This document shows positions 27,964 to 37,595 of a stretch of DNA of 64,000 nucleotides, piece after piece. The DNA is from Candidatus Iainarchaeum sp. (GTDB lineage: Archaea; Iainarchaeota; Iainarchaeia; Iainarchaeales; GCA-2688035), in contig JAFCCL010000006.1 of NCBI GenBank assembly GCA_017610205.1, forward strand, positions 1-64,000. The letters run 5' to 3'. The stretch's first letter is position 1; each line of letters opens with the position of its first letter. The notes below the pieces were generated by a model. It did not search any database and was not told the origin of the DNA. It saw only the letters and a list, made by a program, of their open reading frames with translations. Both the position numbers and the translations under genes were made by a program.

Positions 27964-28498
27964 AGTAAAAGAAATCAAAAACAGGTTCGTGAACCATGTT
28001 GCTTTGATTGGAAAACAGTGGGGGTTAGGTGAACCCGCTGGAAGAGTTTGGGGCCTGCTGTTGTTCGAAAACAGGTCTTTGACTCAAAGCGAAATCGCTG
28101 AAGAATGCAATTACAGCCTAAGCTTGGTCAGCCCAAGCTTAACCATCCTGGAAAAATGGGGATTGATTGCAGCAGTGGAAAAAAGAGGCAGAGAAAGACT
28201 CTATAAAGCGACAATGTCTTTTTTGGAAGCATTTGAAAAAATACTGCGAAACTTCATGGAATTTAACATCGAGCCAATCATAGAAATGCTTTCAGAAGCA
28301 AAAGACAAAGAAACAAAGAAAAGACTGCAAAAACTGTTAAGTGAATACAAAAAAACCTCGCTGTTATCAAAATTCTTCTTGGGTTTAATAAGAGCAAAGA
28401 AAACCCTAAGCCTAGAGCAATTAAAGAAAGTGCTTGGAGAAGGTGAATTGATTGCGCTTCAACGAAAAATATCAAAGAAAATGCCAACCATTCGATGA
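27956..28498 (+). CDS. GbsR/MarR-family transcriptional regulator
   Basis: GKQWGL..GRVWGLL...LTQSEIAEECNYSLSLVSPSLTILEKWGLI..GRERLYKA. Confidence 0.85.
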   Translation: MSKVKEIKNRFVNHVALIGKQWGLGEPAGRVWGLLLFENRSLTQSEIAEECNYSLSLVSPSLTILEKWGLIAAVEKRGRERLYKATMSFLEAFEKILRNFMEFNIEPIIEMLSEAKDKETKKRLQKLLSEYKKTSLLSKFFLGLIRAKKTLSLEQLKKVLGEGELIALQRKISKKMPTIR

Positions 28499-28630
28499 AA
28501 TCTACTGCTTTCTAGAGGCACAGGCAAAGCCAAAGGAAAGTAAGGACGCTATTGCAGCAAAGCTCTCCAATCACCTATTCGATAAAATAACACTTAGTAG
28601 TAGGTCGGAAAAAAAGTAATAGGCGATAGA

Positions 28631-30100
28631 ATGATGATTAAAGAAACCCAGTCAATCTGCCCCACTTGCCAAAAGCTGTTGCCGGCAAGAATAGTTGAAG
28701 AAGACAACAAGGTCTTCCTAGAGAAAACTTGCCCAACCCATGGCTTTTTTAGGGAAATCTATTGGTCGGATGCAAAACTGTTTAAGATATTTGACGAATT
28801 TCAGGAAATGGGTTTTACTCCAGAAAACCCCGCCACAAAAATTGAAAAGGGATGCCCATTCGACTGCGGTTTATGTAAGTTGCATGAATCCCAGACACTC
28901 CTCGCTAACATCGACGTAACCAACAGATGCAACCTTAGGTGCAGTTATTGTTTCGCAAACTCTGCAGTAAGCGGCTACTTGTACGAGCCAAGTTTTGGGG
29001 AAATAGAGAAAATGATGGATTTGCTGAGAGCCGAAAAACCATTCCCTGTTCTGGGAATCCAGTTCAGTGGAGGTGAGCCGTTGCTTAGAACCGATATCGT
29101 GGATTTAGTGAAAAAAGCAAGAGAAAAAGGTTTTACACAAGTACTTATTGCCACTAACGGAATTCAGATTGCAAAAAAATTAAAGCTCGCAAAGCAACTG
29201 CAAGACGCAGGCGTTACAACACTTTACATGAAATTCAATGGCCTGACCCCTGAAACAAACACAGAAAACCACGATTTTATTCCACAAATCCTTGAAAACT
29301 GTAGAAAAGCAGGCTTGCAAATAAGCTTGGTGCCAACAATTATAAAAGGATTCAACGACTATGAAGCATACGCAATAATTAAATTCGCTTTGAAGAACCT
29401 GGATATTGTTAGAGCGGTTAACTTTCAGCCAATTTCTTTCTGCGGGAGAATGCCCGCAAAAGAAAGGAACCAAAAAAGATTCACAATACCCTGTCTAATT
29501 AGTGCACTGGAAGAACAGTCAAACGGCACCATTCCAAGAAACGCTTTTTACCCAATTCCAACAGTTGTACCTCTCTCAAAACTGGCTGAGCAACTATCGA
29601 ACCAAAAGCAAGCAATCTTTTCAGCCCACCCACACTGTGGAGCGGCCACATACCTCTTTAAAGACGATGAAAAGGTCATTCCAATAACTGAATTCGTAAA
29701 CGTAACAGCATTAGTAAAACAAATCGGCGAATTATCCAAAGAAAAACAAAAAGGATTAGCGAAAAAAGTTCTAACAGTAAACAAACTGAGAAAAATCCTG
29801 AAAAAAAACATTATAAAAGAAAAAGCCCCAAAATACCTCAAATTAAACAAGCTATTGCTCGAATTGCTGACAGGAAACTTTAACACATTGCTAGAATTTC
29901 ATTTAAAAACACTTTTTGTTGGAGCAATGCACTTCCAAGACAAATACAACCTTGACGTAGCTAGACTAAAAAAATGCGTAATCCACTACGCCACGCCAGA
30001 CGGAAAAATAATCCCCTTCTGCGCATACAATAACCTGGGTTACAGAGAAAAAATCGAAAAAGCACACAGCAAAGAATTAAAACCGGGGACTTTAAAATGA
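28631..30100 (+). CDS. tes: tetraether lipid synthase (Tes/GDGT-MAS, MJ0619 family)-like radical SAM protein
   Basis: N-terminal CPTC..CPTH, CPFDCGLC, DVTNRCNLRCSYCFA, FSGGEP, NFQP, HPHCG and MHFQD..CVIHYATPDG.IIPFCAYN reproduce the full family architecture. Confidence 0.82.
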   Translation: MMIKETQSICPTCQKLLPARIVEEDNKVFLEKTCPTHGFFREIYWSDAKLFKIFDEFQEMGFTPENPATKIEKGCPFDCGLCKLHESQTLLANIDVTNRCNLRCSYCFANSAVSGYLYEPSFGEIEKMMDLLRAEKPFPVLGIQFSGGEPLLRTDIVDLVKKAREKGFTQVLIATNGIQIAKKLKLAKQLQDAGVTTLYMKFNGLTPETNTENHDFIPQILENCRKAGLQISLVPTIIKGFNDYEAYAIIKFALKNLDIVRAVNFQPISFCGRMPAKERNQKRFTIPCLISALEEQSNGTIPRNAFYPIPTVVPLSKLAEQLSNQKQAIFSAHPHCGAATYLFKDDEKVIPITEFVNVTALVKQIGELSKEKQKGLAKKVLTVNKLRKILKKNIIKEKAPKYLKLNKLLLELLTGNFNTLLEFHLKTLFVGAMHFQDKYNLDVARLKKCVIHYATPDGKIIPFCAYNNLGYREKIEKAHSKELKPGTLK

Positions 30101-31230
30101 AGGTGAACAAAGCCATGCAAGACATTTGGCAGAAACAAATAGACACCGGCCGGCTTTTAAAGCTCCCTAACAAATTAACAGGAAAGGTTGGAAAGATGAA
30201 AGAATTCAAGGAAACCTACAAGCTAGTACAAAAACTTTCTTCTGTGAACGGATTTGGAGTAAGCAGAGAACTATTGCACAGAACAATGTTTAACTCTGAA
30301 GCACTGCCACCCCTGGGAAAAGAGTATTGGTGGTTTCTATTCATCGGCCAAAACGGAGAAAAGCCAATCCAATTAATGTTCCTCGTTTTCAGAAAACACG
30401 GAAAAAGAATGTCGTTCAACGACAAAAGCATGGTGCTCAAAAGCCATGGCAAAAACAAGTTTCAGGCAGTTACTGCTTGCTGGGTATGGGATGGAAAAAA
30501 ACTGCATGACTTGGGCGACACCAACGCCACAACAACAATCAACTCCAAGAAAAAATCTTTGATTTCAAAAATTTCAAACCACAAAGCGGTTTTTAGAGGA
30601 AAATTTCCAAACTTTGAGCTGAAAATAGGAGACGCCATCAACCTGAACATGACCGAGTTAAAGCGAGTTGACAACAAAGACGCTTACGGCGTATTCTTCC
30701 CCCCCTTTGGCATGGGTTGGGTGAATGCGTTTTCAATAGCCAAAGGCACGGTTTTTGGAAAAGAATTTAAGGGAACAGCACACCTGCAAAAAGTTGTCGG
30801 CATTACAACATTTGGCTGTTTCAACTGGGGAAAAATATTTTTTCAGAAAGGCTCCTCGGTCTCCTTTTTCTGCGTTAAACCAGAAAAAAACTCAAAAAAG
30901 CTCTTTTACCAAGCCATCTCCTTTTACGACCACGAAACCAAAAAAGTCATCAAATTCAAAAGACCAAAGCTAAAAATATTGAAAAAAGAGGGCAAGAAAA
31001 AACCCGAATGGGTCATTACCGGCCGCGATAAAGACAAAGAACTCAAAATTGTGCTGGAAACTTACGCAGAAAAACAATTCACTATGAAAGACGGTGAATG
31101 GCAAGTCTACATCGAGTACGCTGTAACGGCAAAAGAATTCAGCTTAAAAACCAAAGACAGGAAAACCAGCCTGAATGGTTTGGGCAGGGGCGTTGGAAAT
31201 TTTGAAGACGCCTACGGGTTTGTGTTCTAA
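30097..31230 (+). CDS. tocopherol-cyclase/CrtC/AttH-like beta-barrel protein, paralogue 1
   Basis: Aromatic EYWWFLF, CWVWDG, GTAHLQKV, FNWG and GVGNFEDAYG motifs; colinear with the next gene. The fold call is inference. Confidence 0.55.
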   Translation: MKVNKAMQDIWQKQIDTGRLLKLPNKLTGKVGKMKEFKETYKLVQKLSSVNGFGVSRELLHRTMFNSEALPPLGKEYWWFLFIGQNGEKPIQLMFLVFRKHGKRMSFNDKSMVLKSHGKNKFQAVTACWVWDGKKLHDLGDTNATTTINSKKKSLISKISNHKAVFRGKFPNFELKIGDAINLNMTELKRVDNKDAYGVFFPPFGMGWVNAFSIAKGTVFGKEFKGTAHLQKVVGITTFGCFNWGKIFFQKGSSVSFFCVKPEKNSKKLFYQAISFYDHETKKVIKFKRPKLKILKKEGKKKPEWVITGRDKDKELKIVLETYAEKQFTMKDGEWQVYIEYAVTAKEFSLKTKDRKTSLNGLGRGVGNFEDAYGFVF

Positions 31231-31247
31231 AAAAATGGTGATTTATA

Positions 31248-32378
31248 TTGATTGAGACAAAGGTAAAAAAAATCAGCGAAAAAGAAAGAAACACCCTGTA
31301 CGAAAGAATCTGGGAAATCGATCTAAAGGATAAGAAACCTGGCACTTGGTGGTGGTGGTTTTGGATTTTCTTCATAGAAAACAAAGACAATCAAAGCAAA
31401 CCGCAACAGCTAATGGTGCTGTGGTCAACAAAAAATGACAGCAAAATCAAATGCAACGATCTTACCTTAAAATTAGACAACGAAATCAAGGTCCAAAAAA
31501 ACAAAAGCATTTTCAATGGTGCAGCAGCGGCATGGTACTTCGACGGGAAGAGAATGCACGAAGACTATATTCTGGAAAACTGTGACATAACCCTGAGCAA
31601 AAAACCATACGCCCTAGTTTCAGAATCAAAAAACAAGACGTTTTTCTGTGAAAAAAACAACAAGTTTGTAGTGCAAATTAACAAAGGCAAAAAAGAATTT
31701 GTTTTTAATTCAGAAATCGAAGCCAACAACGAATTTGTTGCCCCAACTCTTACCCAAAGCAATTACCTCAACGGCGCCTTTAGCTACAAAGTTCTTCGAA
31801 TGCCAAGACTGGATTTTAATGGTGTAATCAAAAGCCAAGGAAAACAACAAGGCATCAAGGGAACAGCATATTTCCAGCAAGTAGTTGTTAACACCCCCTT
31901 GTTTCCTTGGTATTGGGGAATATTCCATTTCAGGAACGGCAGCATAGTCTCCTACTTCAACCCGCACATTGGAACAGCAATGATAAAAGACAATCTGACA
32001 AAAGCATTACTCAGCAACGGCAACCTTTCACTAAAAAAAGGAATATACTTCTTCGACAAAAAAGCAAAGAAACTGCACCTGTTTAAAAAAATTAAAATCA
32101 AAAAACAGATAAATCAAAAAAACCAGCCAGTATTCAAAGTCAGCGGAGAAAACAAAGACACAAAAATTTCTTTTACCGTTGACTGCTACGCCGATGCATT
32201 CTGGAAATTCGAAAAAAAGTTTCTGGGGCTGGTTAAAATGCGATTAAAGTACAACGAGTACCCTGCCAAAATAACCCAATTCAACTTGCAGAACAAACAA
32301 GGCAAAACGCTGACATCACTAAAAGACTTGGGTGCAGGGATAGGCAATGCGGAACATTCGTGGGGGCTTTTGGCATGA
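31248..32378 (+). CDS. tocopherol-cyclase/CrtC/AttH-like beta-barrel protein, paralogue 2
   Basis: TWWWWFWIFF, AWYFDG, GTAYFQQV, PWYWG, YNEYP and GIGNAEHSWG motifs. Confidence 0.55.
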   Translation: MIETKVKKISEKERNTLYERIWEIDLKDKKPGTWWWWFWIFFIENKDNQSKPQQLMVLWSTKNDSKIKCNDLTLKLDNEIKVQKNKSIFNGAAAAWYFDGKRMHEDYILENCDITLSKKPYALVSESKNKTFFCEKNNKFVVQINKGKKEFVFNSEIEANNEFVAPTLTQSNYLNGAFSYKVLRMPRLDFNGVIKSQGKQQGIKGTAYFQQVVVNTPLFPWYWGIFHFRNGSIVSYFNPHIGTAMIKDNLTKALLSNGNLSLKKGIYFFDKKAKKLHLFKKIKIKKQINQKNQPVFKVSGENKDTKISFTVDCYADAFWKFEKKFLGLVKMRLKYNEYPAKITQFNLQNKQGKTLTSLKDLGAGIGNAEHSWGLLA

Positions 32379-33265
32379 CTGCAAAAAATAAAATAAAAGT
32401 GATTGCAAGAAAAATCAAAGACTTAATCGCACTAATGAGACCAAACGCCTGGTTTGTAACCGTTTTCTCCCTAAGCATTGGAGCAGTATTCGCCCTGCCC
32501 AATACCACCCTTACCACTGAAACAGGCTTAAAGTTTCTCTTCCTGTGCTTTGCTTTCGCTCCATTCATTGCAGGTGGCCTATACGCATTAAACGATGTCA
32601 ATGACAGAAAAGTGGACCAAAGAAACCCGGATAAAGCCCGCAGGCCAATTGCCAGCGGAAGAATAACCCCAATTCAAGGAATAATCTTTTCACTAATCTT
32701 ACTAACCGTTGGCTGTTTTTTGGCCCTGCAAATTTCCTTCATGCACCTTATTTTCGCTTTAATGCTAATTTTTTTGCAACTAATCTATTCAATGCCTCCA
32801 ATAAGATTAAAAGAAACATCAATCGACTTCTTGTTCTCAGGTCCATTAAACCACATGATTAGGTTTACAGCAGCATGGATTCTATTCAAACCAATTACCC
32901 AAATTCCACTGCTCTTACTAGCAAGCTTATTCACATTATACTGTGTTGCATACATTTACTACAAGCTAGTTGACAAAGAATTCACGCCAAAAAAATCGAT
33001 AGCAAGAAACAAAAACATACAAACACAACTAAACTACGCAACCGCAATAGGAATAGGCCTAATGTTCGCCTCAATCCTCCTGCTAAAAGAAGTAGACTTC
33101 GTTTTCATCGCATGCCCAACCTTTCTAACCTTAGCCCTCCTCACGCAAGCTGCCATACCCAGCATGAAAAAAATTGGGTTAATGCGCAGCCTCTTCTATG
33201 GATACGCGCCCTTCAGCCTAATGCTTGGAGTAGTAAGCCTATGGGTGCTAATAATAATGTTCTAA
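32375..33265 (+). CDS. UbiA-family prenyltransferase
   Basis: LMRP, NDVNDRKVD..NP.K..RPIASG and YSMPPIRLK motifs; about 8-9 TM helices. Confidence 0.9.
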   Translation: MTAKNKIKVIARKIKDLIALMRPNAWFVTVFSLSIGAVFALPNTTLTTETGLKFLFLCFAFAPFIAGGLYALNDVNDRKVDQRNPDKARRPIASGRITPIQGIIFSLILLTVGCFLALQISFMHLIFALMLIFLQLIYSMPPIRLKETSIDFLFSGPLNHMIRFTAAWILFKPITQIPLLLLASLFTLYCVAYIYYKLVDKEFTPKKSIARNKNIQTQLNYATAIGIGLMFASILLLKEVDFVFIACPTFLTLALLTQAAIPSMKKIGLMRSLFYGYAPFSLMLGVVSLWVLIIMF

Positions 33266-33284
33266 AACAAACGGAAGACTCAAA

Positions 33285-33590
33285 ATGACAACACCAAAAC
33301 CCATCCTAAAGGATTACTTAAATGACATTACGCAATCCCAATGGAACGCGTTCATACATGGCCGGTTAAAAATTTCAGATTACGTCAAACAAAACAAATT
33401 TTGGATCCAGTTATTTGGAAAAACACGCCAAATACGCAACGAAGTCAACAAGTACACACCAGAACAAATACTGCAAATGCTCAAACAGAACAGGGCAGAT
33501 CTATCAATAGGAGACGAGCAAAAAGCCATCAAACGAATACGTGAAGAATTAAACGTTACCCAAAAAATCCTAGAAGAATTCAAATTCTGA
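33285..33590 (+). CDS. hypothetical protein, last gene of the island operon
   Basis: 101-aa ORF, co-oriented, 19 nt after ubiA. Confidence 0.6.
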   Translation: MTTPKPILKDYLNDITQSQWNAFIHGRLKISDYVKQNKFWIQLFGKTRQIRNEVNKYTPEQILQMLKQNRADLSIGDEQKAIKRIREELNVTQKILEEFKF

Positions 33591-33624
33591 ACAAAAAAAA
33601 GAGAGCAGGCTTTCTCACCTGCTC
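33591..33624 (-). terminator. hairpin plus U-tract
   Basis: GAGCAGG-N8-CCTGCTC (33603-33624) followed on the minus strand by T8. Confidence 0.55.
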
Positions 33625-33739
33625 AACGCCACAGCTACAATCCGTTGCTTTTCGCGATTGAGTTCTTCTTCAAGCAGCTCATTGAGCTTGACTGACAACT
33701 CTGACAATGCTTAAAACAACATTGCATAAGTTTTCTATT

Positions 33740-34489
33740 ATGGATTTAAAGCAAGCCCAGCAGCAGATATCAGAGGCACTCAACAGGAAGGATTTGCTAC
33801 TTGTAGTGGCAGACATGTCTGTTGAATACTGGGGGCGGGCTGCTTCCAAATTGCCTCGTGGCAAGCGATTGCTTTTGATAAAGGGAGACAATTCCTTTGC
33901 AATTCATCAAAACAGGTTGTTGCGTCCAACAAATTATATGATGGGAGCAAGGATTGGATGTGAGCTAAAGGACGGTGCACTTTTGCTGAGTGCAAGAAAG
34001 ATTAAGCCAAAGGAAAGCATTGTTGCAACCCTTTACTCGATGGAGGGACTTCATTGCTATCCAATGAGGGAAAATTCTGACCTTCGCCTTTTTGGTTCTG
34101 AAAAGGAATTAAGCGACCAGTTAATGCAGGATTTGAGTTTTCTTGAACCTGGCTTAAAGCCTTTGAATCAGGAAGAGGTTTTTAGAAAAGGTGTTGTTGA
34201 CATTCTTGCAGAGGACTCTGAGGGAAGGCTTGTTGTAATTGAGTTGAAGAGAAGGCAGGCTGATTATAATGCAGTAATGCAATTGAAGAGGTATATGCAG
34301 CAGGTTGAAAAAATTAAGGGAAAGGAAACCCGTGGCTTGTTGCTTGCGCCTTCAATTGGAAAAAATGCCTACGAGCTTCTTCAAAGAAACGGCTGTGAAT
34401 TTTTTAATTTTGAGTTTGAGATAGGAAATCCTGTGGCAAAAATTAAGGGCTTGCGAAAAAAGCAGGAAACACTTGACAAATTTTTTTAG
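33740..34489 (+). CDS. nucS: endonuclease NucS/EndoMS
   Basis: VEYWGRAAS, LLIKGDNSFAIH, PTNY, SEKEL, VDILAED, VVIELKR and QLKRY motifs. Confidence 0.93.
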   Translation: MDLKQAQQQISEALNRKDLLLVVADMSVEYWGRAASKLPRGKRLLLIKGDNSFAIHQNRLLRPTNYMMGARIGCELKDGALLLSARKIKPKESIVATLYSMEGLHCYPMRENSDLRLFGSEKELSDQLMQDLSFLEPGLKPLNQEEVFRKGVVDILAEDSEGRLVVIELKRRQADYNAVMQLKRYMQQVEKIKGKETRGLLLAPSIGKNAYELLQRNGCEFFNFEFEIGNPVAKIKGLRKKQETLDKFF

Positions 34490-34540
34490 GCCTTTGCAAA
34501 AGGGTTAAATAGTTGTTTTACTAAAATTCTTTTGAATATT

Positions 34541-35020
34541 ATGAAAAGATACTTTCCAACAGGGAAAAGAGTGCGACGCTTTAGAATTGTGGAGCTTAAA
34601 CCTTCTGCGGATGTAGGAAAAGTACAAGAAAAACTTACTGGTTTAAAACCAAAACCAATTGTGTGGGAAAAATATCCTGCTTCCAGAGAAGCCCAGGGAT
34701 TGATTGCTTCAATTGGCAGGCATATTGGAAATCTTGCTTCTAACGCTGCCGAAGCCGACCTTGTTAAATTGCGTAAGGTTCCTGAATCTGAACAGGTTGG
34801 AGTTGCGCTTAGATTGGAAAAGATGGTGAATGGACTTTGGCCAAAGATAGTTGCTGAAACAGTTCCGGGAAACATAAATGCATATGCAAAGGGCATTGTG
34901 TTTTCTTACGTTATTGCAGGTACACTCTATGAAAAGGCAAGATTGTATCCTAAGGCGGCTGAAATGCTTGACAAAATAAATACTATTAATAGAATTTTGA
35001 GAGAGGCGCAAAACCCTTAA
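34541..35020 (+). CDS. basic-N-terminus orphan protein
   Basis: MKRYFPTGKRVRRFR... followed by a helical domain; own TATA-like upstream element. Confidence 0.6.
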   Translation: MKRYFPTGKRVRRFRIVELKPSADVGKVQEKLTGLKPKPIVWEKYPASREAQGLIASIGRHIGNLASNAAEADLVKLRKVPESEQVGVALRLEKMVNGLWPKIVAETVPGNINAYAKGIVFSYVIAGTLYEKARLYPKAAEMLDKINTINRILREAQNP

Positions 35021-36261
35021 AGCTTTTTCACAGGGTTCTTTTTTGTTATCCTAATTCTGTGAATTTTTGGACCTTTTACCTGAATTGCTTTTAGTGTAAA
35101 GTTGCCGACAGAAATTGTTTCATTTTGTTTTGGAATTCTGTCAAGTTTTTCAATCATAAAACCGCTTATTGTGGAAAACTTTGTGCTTTTCCATTTTGTT
35201 TTAAACATTTGATTTATTTCGTTTAATGAAGCCTTTCCGTCTGCTTCAAAGACTCCTTTGCCTTCTTCAACCACTCTTGGAGCCTCGCTTTCGTCAACTA
35301 TTTCACCAACTATTTCTTCAAGCAAATCTTCCAAGGTTACTATTCCAAGCATGCCTCCATAGTCATCAACCACTACAGCCATGTTGTTTCTTGTTTGCCG
35401 GAATTCTGCCAAAAGCTTGTCAATTTTTTTGGTTTGGTGTACAAAAAGCACAGCCCTTGCAAGTTTGCTTACTTTTGTTGCGGTTTTTCCTTCAGCAAGA
35501 TAATTCCATGCGTCTTTTACATAAAATATTCCTTCAATTTCATCAAGGTCTTTTTTGTAAACAGGAAGTCTGCTAAAAGGAGTTTCTGCAAGCAATTCGT
35601 TCACATCCTCCAAAGTTGCATCTTTTGAAATTCCTTTCACTTCGCTTCTTGGAGTCATTACATCTTCCACGCTTATATCATTGAATTTGAATATTCTGTG
35701 AATCATTTGTTTTTCAGTTTCATGAATTGCTCCAACCTCTGCTCCCATTGTAACCATTGTTTTAATGTCCTGCTCTGTCATAGGCTGCTCTTCAACCTTT
35801 CCAATTATTCTTATAATTATTTTTGTAAATCCATTCAGGAACCAAATGATTGGGCTTAGAATAATACTAAGCCATTTAATTGGCTTTATTACAAAGAGTG
35901 AGATTGCTTCGCTGTGCTGCACTGCAAGGCTTTTTGGCGTAATTTCTCCAAGTACAAGAATCAAAAAGGTCATTATTCCAACAGAAATGCTTATTGCAAA
36001 GTTTGCAAACATCTGCAAGGCAACAGTTGTTGCAATTGCTGCAGCTGCAATGTTTACAACATTGTTGCCGATTAGAATTGTTGTAAGCATCTTCTGAGGA
36101 TTTGCCTTGAATTCCTCAACAAGGATTGCCGATTTGTTTCTTTTTTTTACAAGTTGCCTTATTTTAATTCTGTCAACTGCAATAAGTGCTGTTTCTGTTC
36201 CGGAAAAAAATCCACTTAATGCAAGCAAAATTGCAAGGGTTATTATGTCAAGTTCTAACAT
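35017..36261 (-). CDS. hemolysin-family CNNM (DUF21)-CBS-CorC protein
   Basis: SGFFSGTETA, TILIGNN, GEITPK, VMTPR, SRLPVY and DDYGG..TLEDLLEEIVGEI motifs. Confidence 0.93.
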   Translation of the reverse strand: MLELDIITLAILLALSGFFSGTETALIAVDRIKIRQLVKKRNKSAILVEEFKANPQKMLTTILIGNNVVNIAAAAIATTVALQMFANFAISISVGIMTFLILVLGEITPKSLAVQHSEAISLFVIKPIKWLSIILSPIIWFLNGFTKIIIRIIGKVEEQPMTEQDIKTMVTMGAEVGAIHETEKQMIHRIFKFNDISVEDVMTPRSEVKGISKDATLEDVNELLAETPFSRLPVYKKDLDEIEGIFYVKDAWNYLAEGKTATKVSKLARAVLFVHQTKKIDKLLAEFRQTRNNMAVVVDDYGGMLGIVTLEDLLEEIVGEIVDESEAPRVVEEGKGVFEADGKASLNEINQMFKTKWKSTKFSTISGFMIEKLDRIPKQNETISVGNFTLKAIQVKGPKIHRIRITKKNPVKKL

Positions 36262-36299
36262 GCCAAGATTAACTCTTTTGCGGTTTTTAATTCTTGCTT

Positions 36300-37595
36300 T
36301 TACTTTTCTAAACGCCTTTTTCCCAAATAAACTGCCTTTTTTCCAAGTTCTTCCTCTATTCTGATAAGCTGGTTGTATTTTGCATTTCTTTCACTTCTTG
36401 CAGGGGCTCCAAGCTTGCTTTGCCCTGCATCAATTCCGACCAAGAAATCTGCAATAAAACTATCTTCTGTTTCACCGCTTCTGTGCGAAACAACAACTCC
36501 CCAGCCTGCTTTTTTGCTTTCTTTTGCGGCTTCAAGTGATTCTGAAATCGTTCCAATTTGGTTTATTTTAAGCAAAAGCGCATTGCAGCTTTTTTCTTCA
36601 ATTGCTTTTTCAATTTTTTTAGGATTTGTTACCAGCAAATCATCGCCAACAATTTGTACTTTGCTGCCAATTTTTGCAGTTAGTTCTTTCCAGCCCTGCC
36701 AGTCTTCTTCTGCCATTCCATCTTCCAAAGAATAAATGCTCCTATAAGTTCCTGTTAGTTCAGTGTAAAAATCAACAAGCTCGCCGGAAGAATATTCTTT
36801 TCCATAAAGTTTGTATTTTCCGTTTTCAAAAAATTCTGAGGATGCGCTGTCGATTGCAATGCTCATAATATCCTTATATCCTGCTTCTTCAATAGCTTTG
36901 CTTATCAAATCAAGCCTTTCCTGTGCACTGTTTACATTTGGGACAAAACCTCCTTCATCCCCCAAAAGCGTTGCCCCTGCTCCGAATTTTTTCTTAAGAA
37001 TTTTTTTTAGAGTATGATAAGTTTCAACCCCTGCCTTAAGCGCTTCACTGTAAGATACTGCGCCTGTGGCGGCAATCATTTGTTCCTGAATATCCTCTTC
37101 AAGCCCTGCATGCTTGCCTCCATTCATTACATTCATTTGCGGAACAGGCATTGTAACGCCCTTGTTTCCGCTTAATGAGGCGATGTATTCAAACAGATGC
37201 TGTCCTTTTGCAGCAGCCCCTGCCCTGCAGACAGCTATGCTTACGCCAAGAATTGCATTGACTCCCAATTTTTCCTTGTTTTCGGTTCCATCAAGTTTAA
37301 TCATTGCCTTGTCAATTTCTTCCTGTTTTGTGCAATCCATTCCCTCAATTAGTGGTGCAATTTTTTTGTTAACATTTGCAACTGCTTTAAGAACTCCTTT
37401 TCCGCCATAGGCGGTTTCGCCATCTCTTAATTCCAATGCCTCGTTTATTCCTGTGCTTGCTCCGCTTGGAACAATTCCACAAAACTGGCCTTGTTCTGTG
37501 TTTACATCTGCTTCAATAGTCGGGTTTCCCCTGCTGTCCAAAACCTGTCTTGCCCTGATTTTCCTGATTTTATTAGCCATATGCATTTCCTCCAA
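36300..37595 (-). CDS. eno: enolase
   Basis: DSRGNPT, PSGASTG, GDEGG, VGDDL, LLKINQIGT, SHRSGET and AKYNQL motifs. Confidence 0.97.
   Translation of the reverse strand: MEEMHMANKIRKIRARQVLDSRGNPTIEADVNTEQGQFCGIVPSGASTGINEALELRDGETAYGGKGVLKAVANVNKKIAPLIEGMDCTKQEEIDKAMIKLDGTENKEKLGVNAILGVSIAVCRAGAAAKGQHLFEYIASLSGNKGVTMPVPQMNVMNGGKHAGLEEDIQEQMIAATGAVSYSEALKAGVETYHTLKKILKKKFGAGATLLGDEGGFVPNVNSAQERLDLISKAIEEAGYKDIMSIAIDSASSEFFENGKYKLYGKEYSSGELVDFYTELTGTYRSIYSLEDGMAEEDWQGWKELTAKIGSKVQIVGDDLLVTNPKKIEKAIEEKSCNALLLKINQIGTISESLEAAKESKKAGWGVVVSHRSGETEDSFIADFLVGIDAGQSKLGAPARSERNAKYNQLIRIEEELGKKAVYLGKRRLEK

Noticed and set aside
33660-33702. SECIS-like or ncRNA hairpin on the minus strand
   Set aside because: The pairing is modest, the stretch reads as plausible protein, and no UGA-containing selenoprotein gene is nearby.
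34487-35037. Direct repeats flanking the orphan at 34541
   Set aside because: Only about 11 of 15 positions match in AT-rich sequence, which is compatible with chance.
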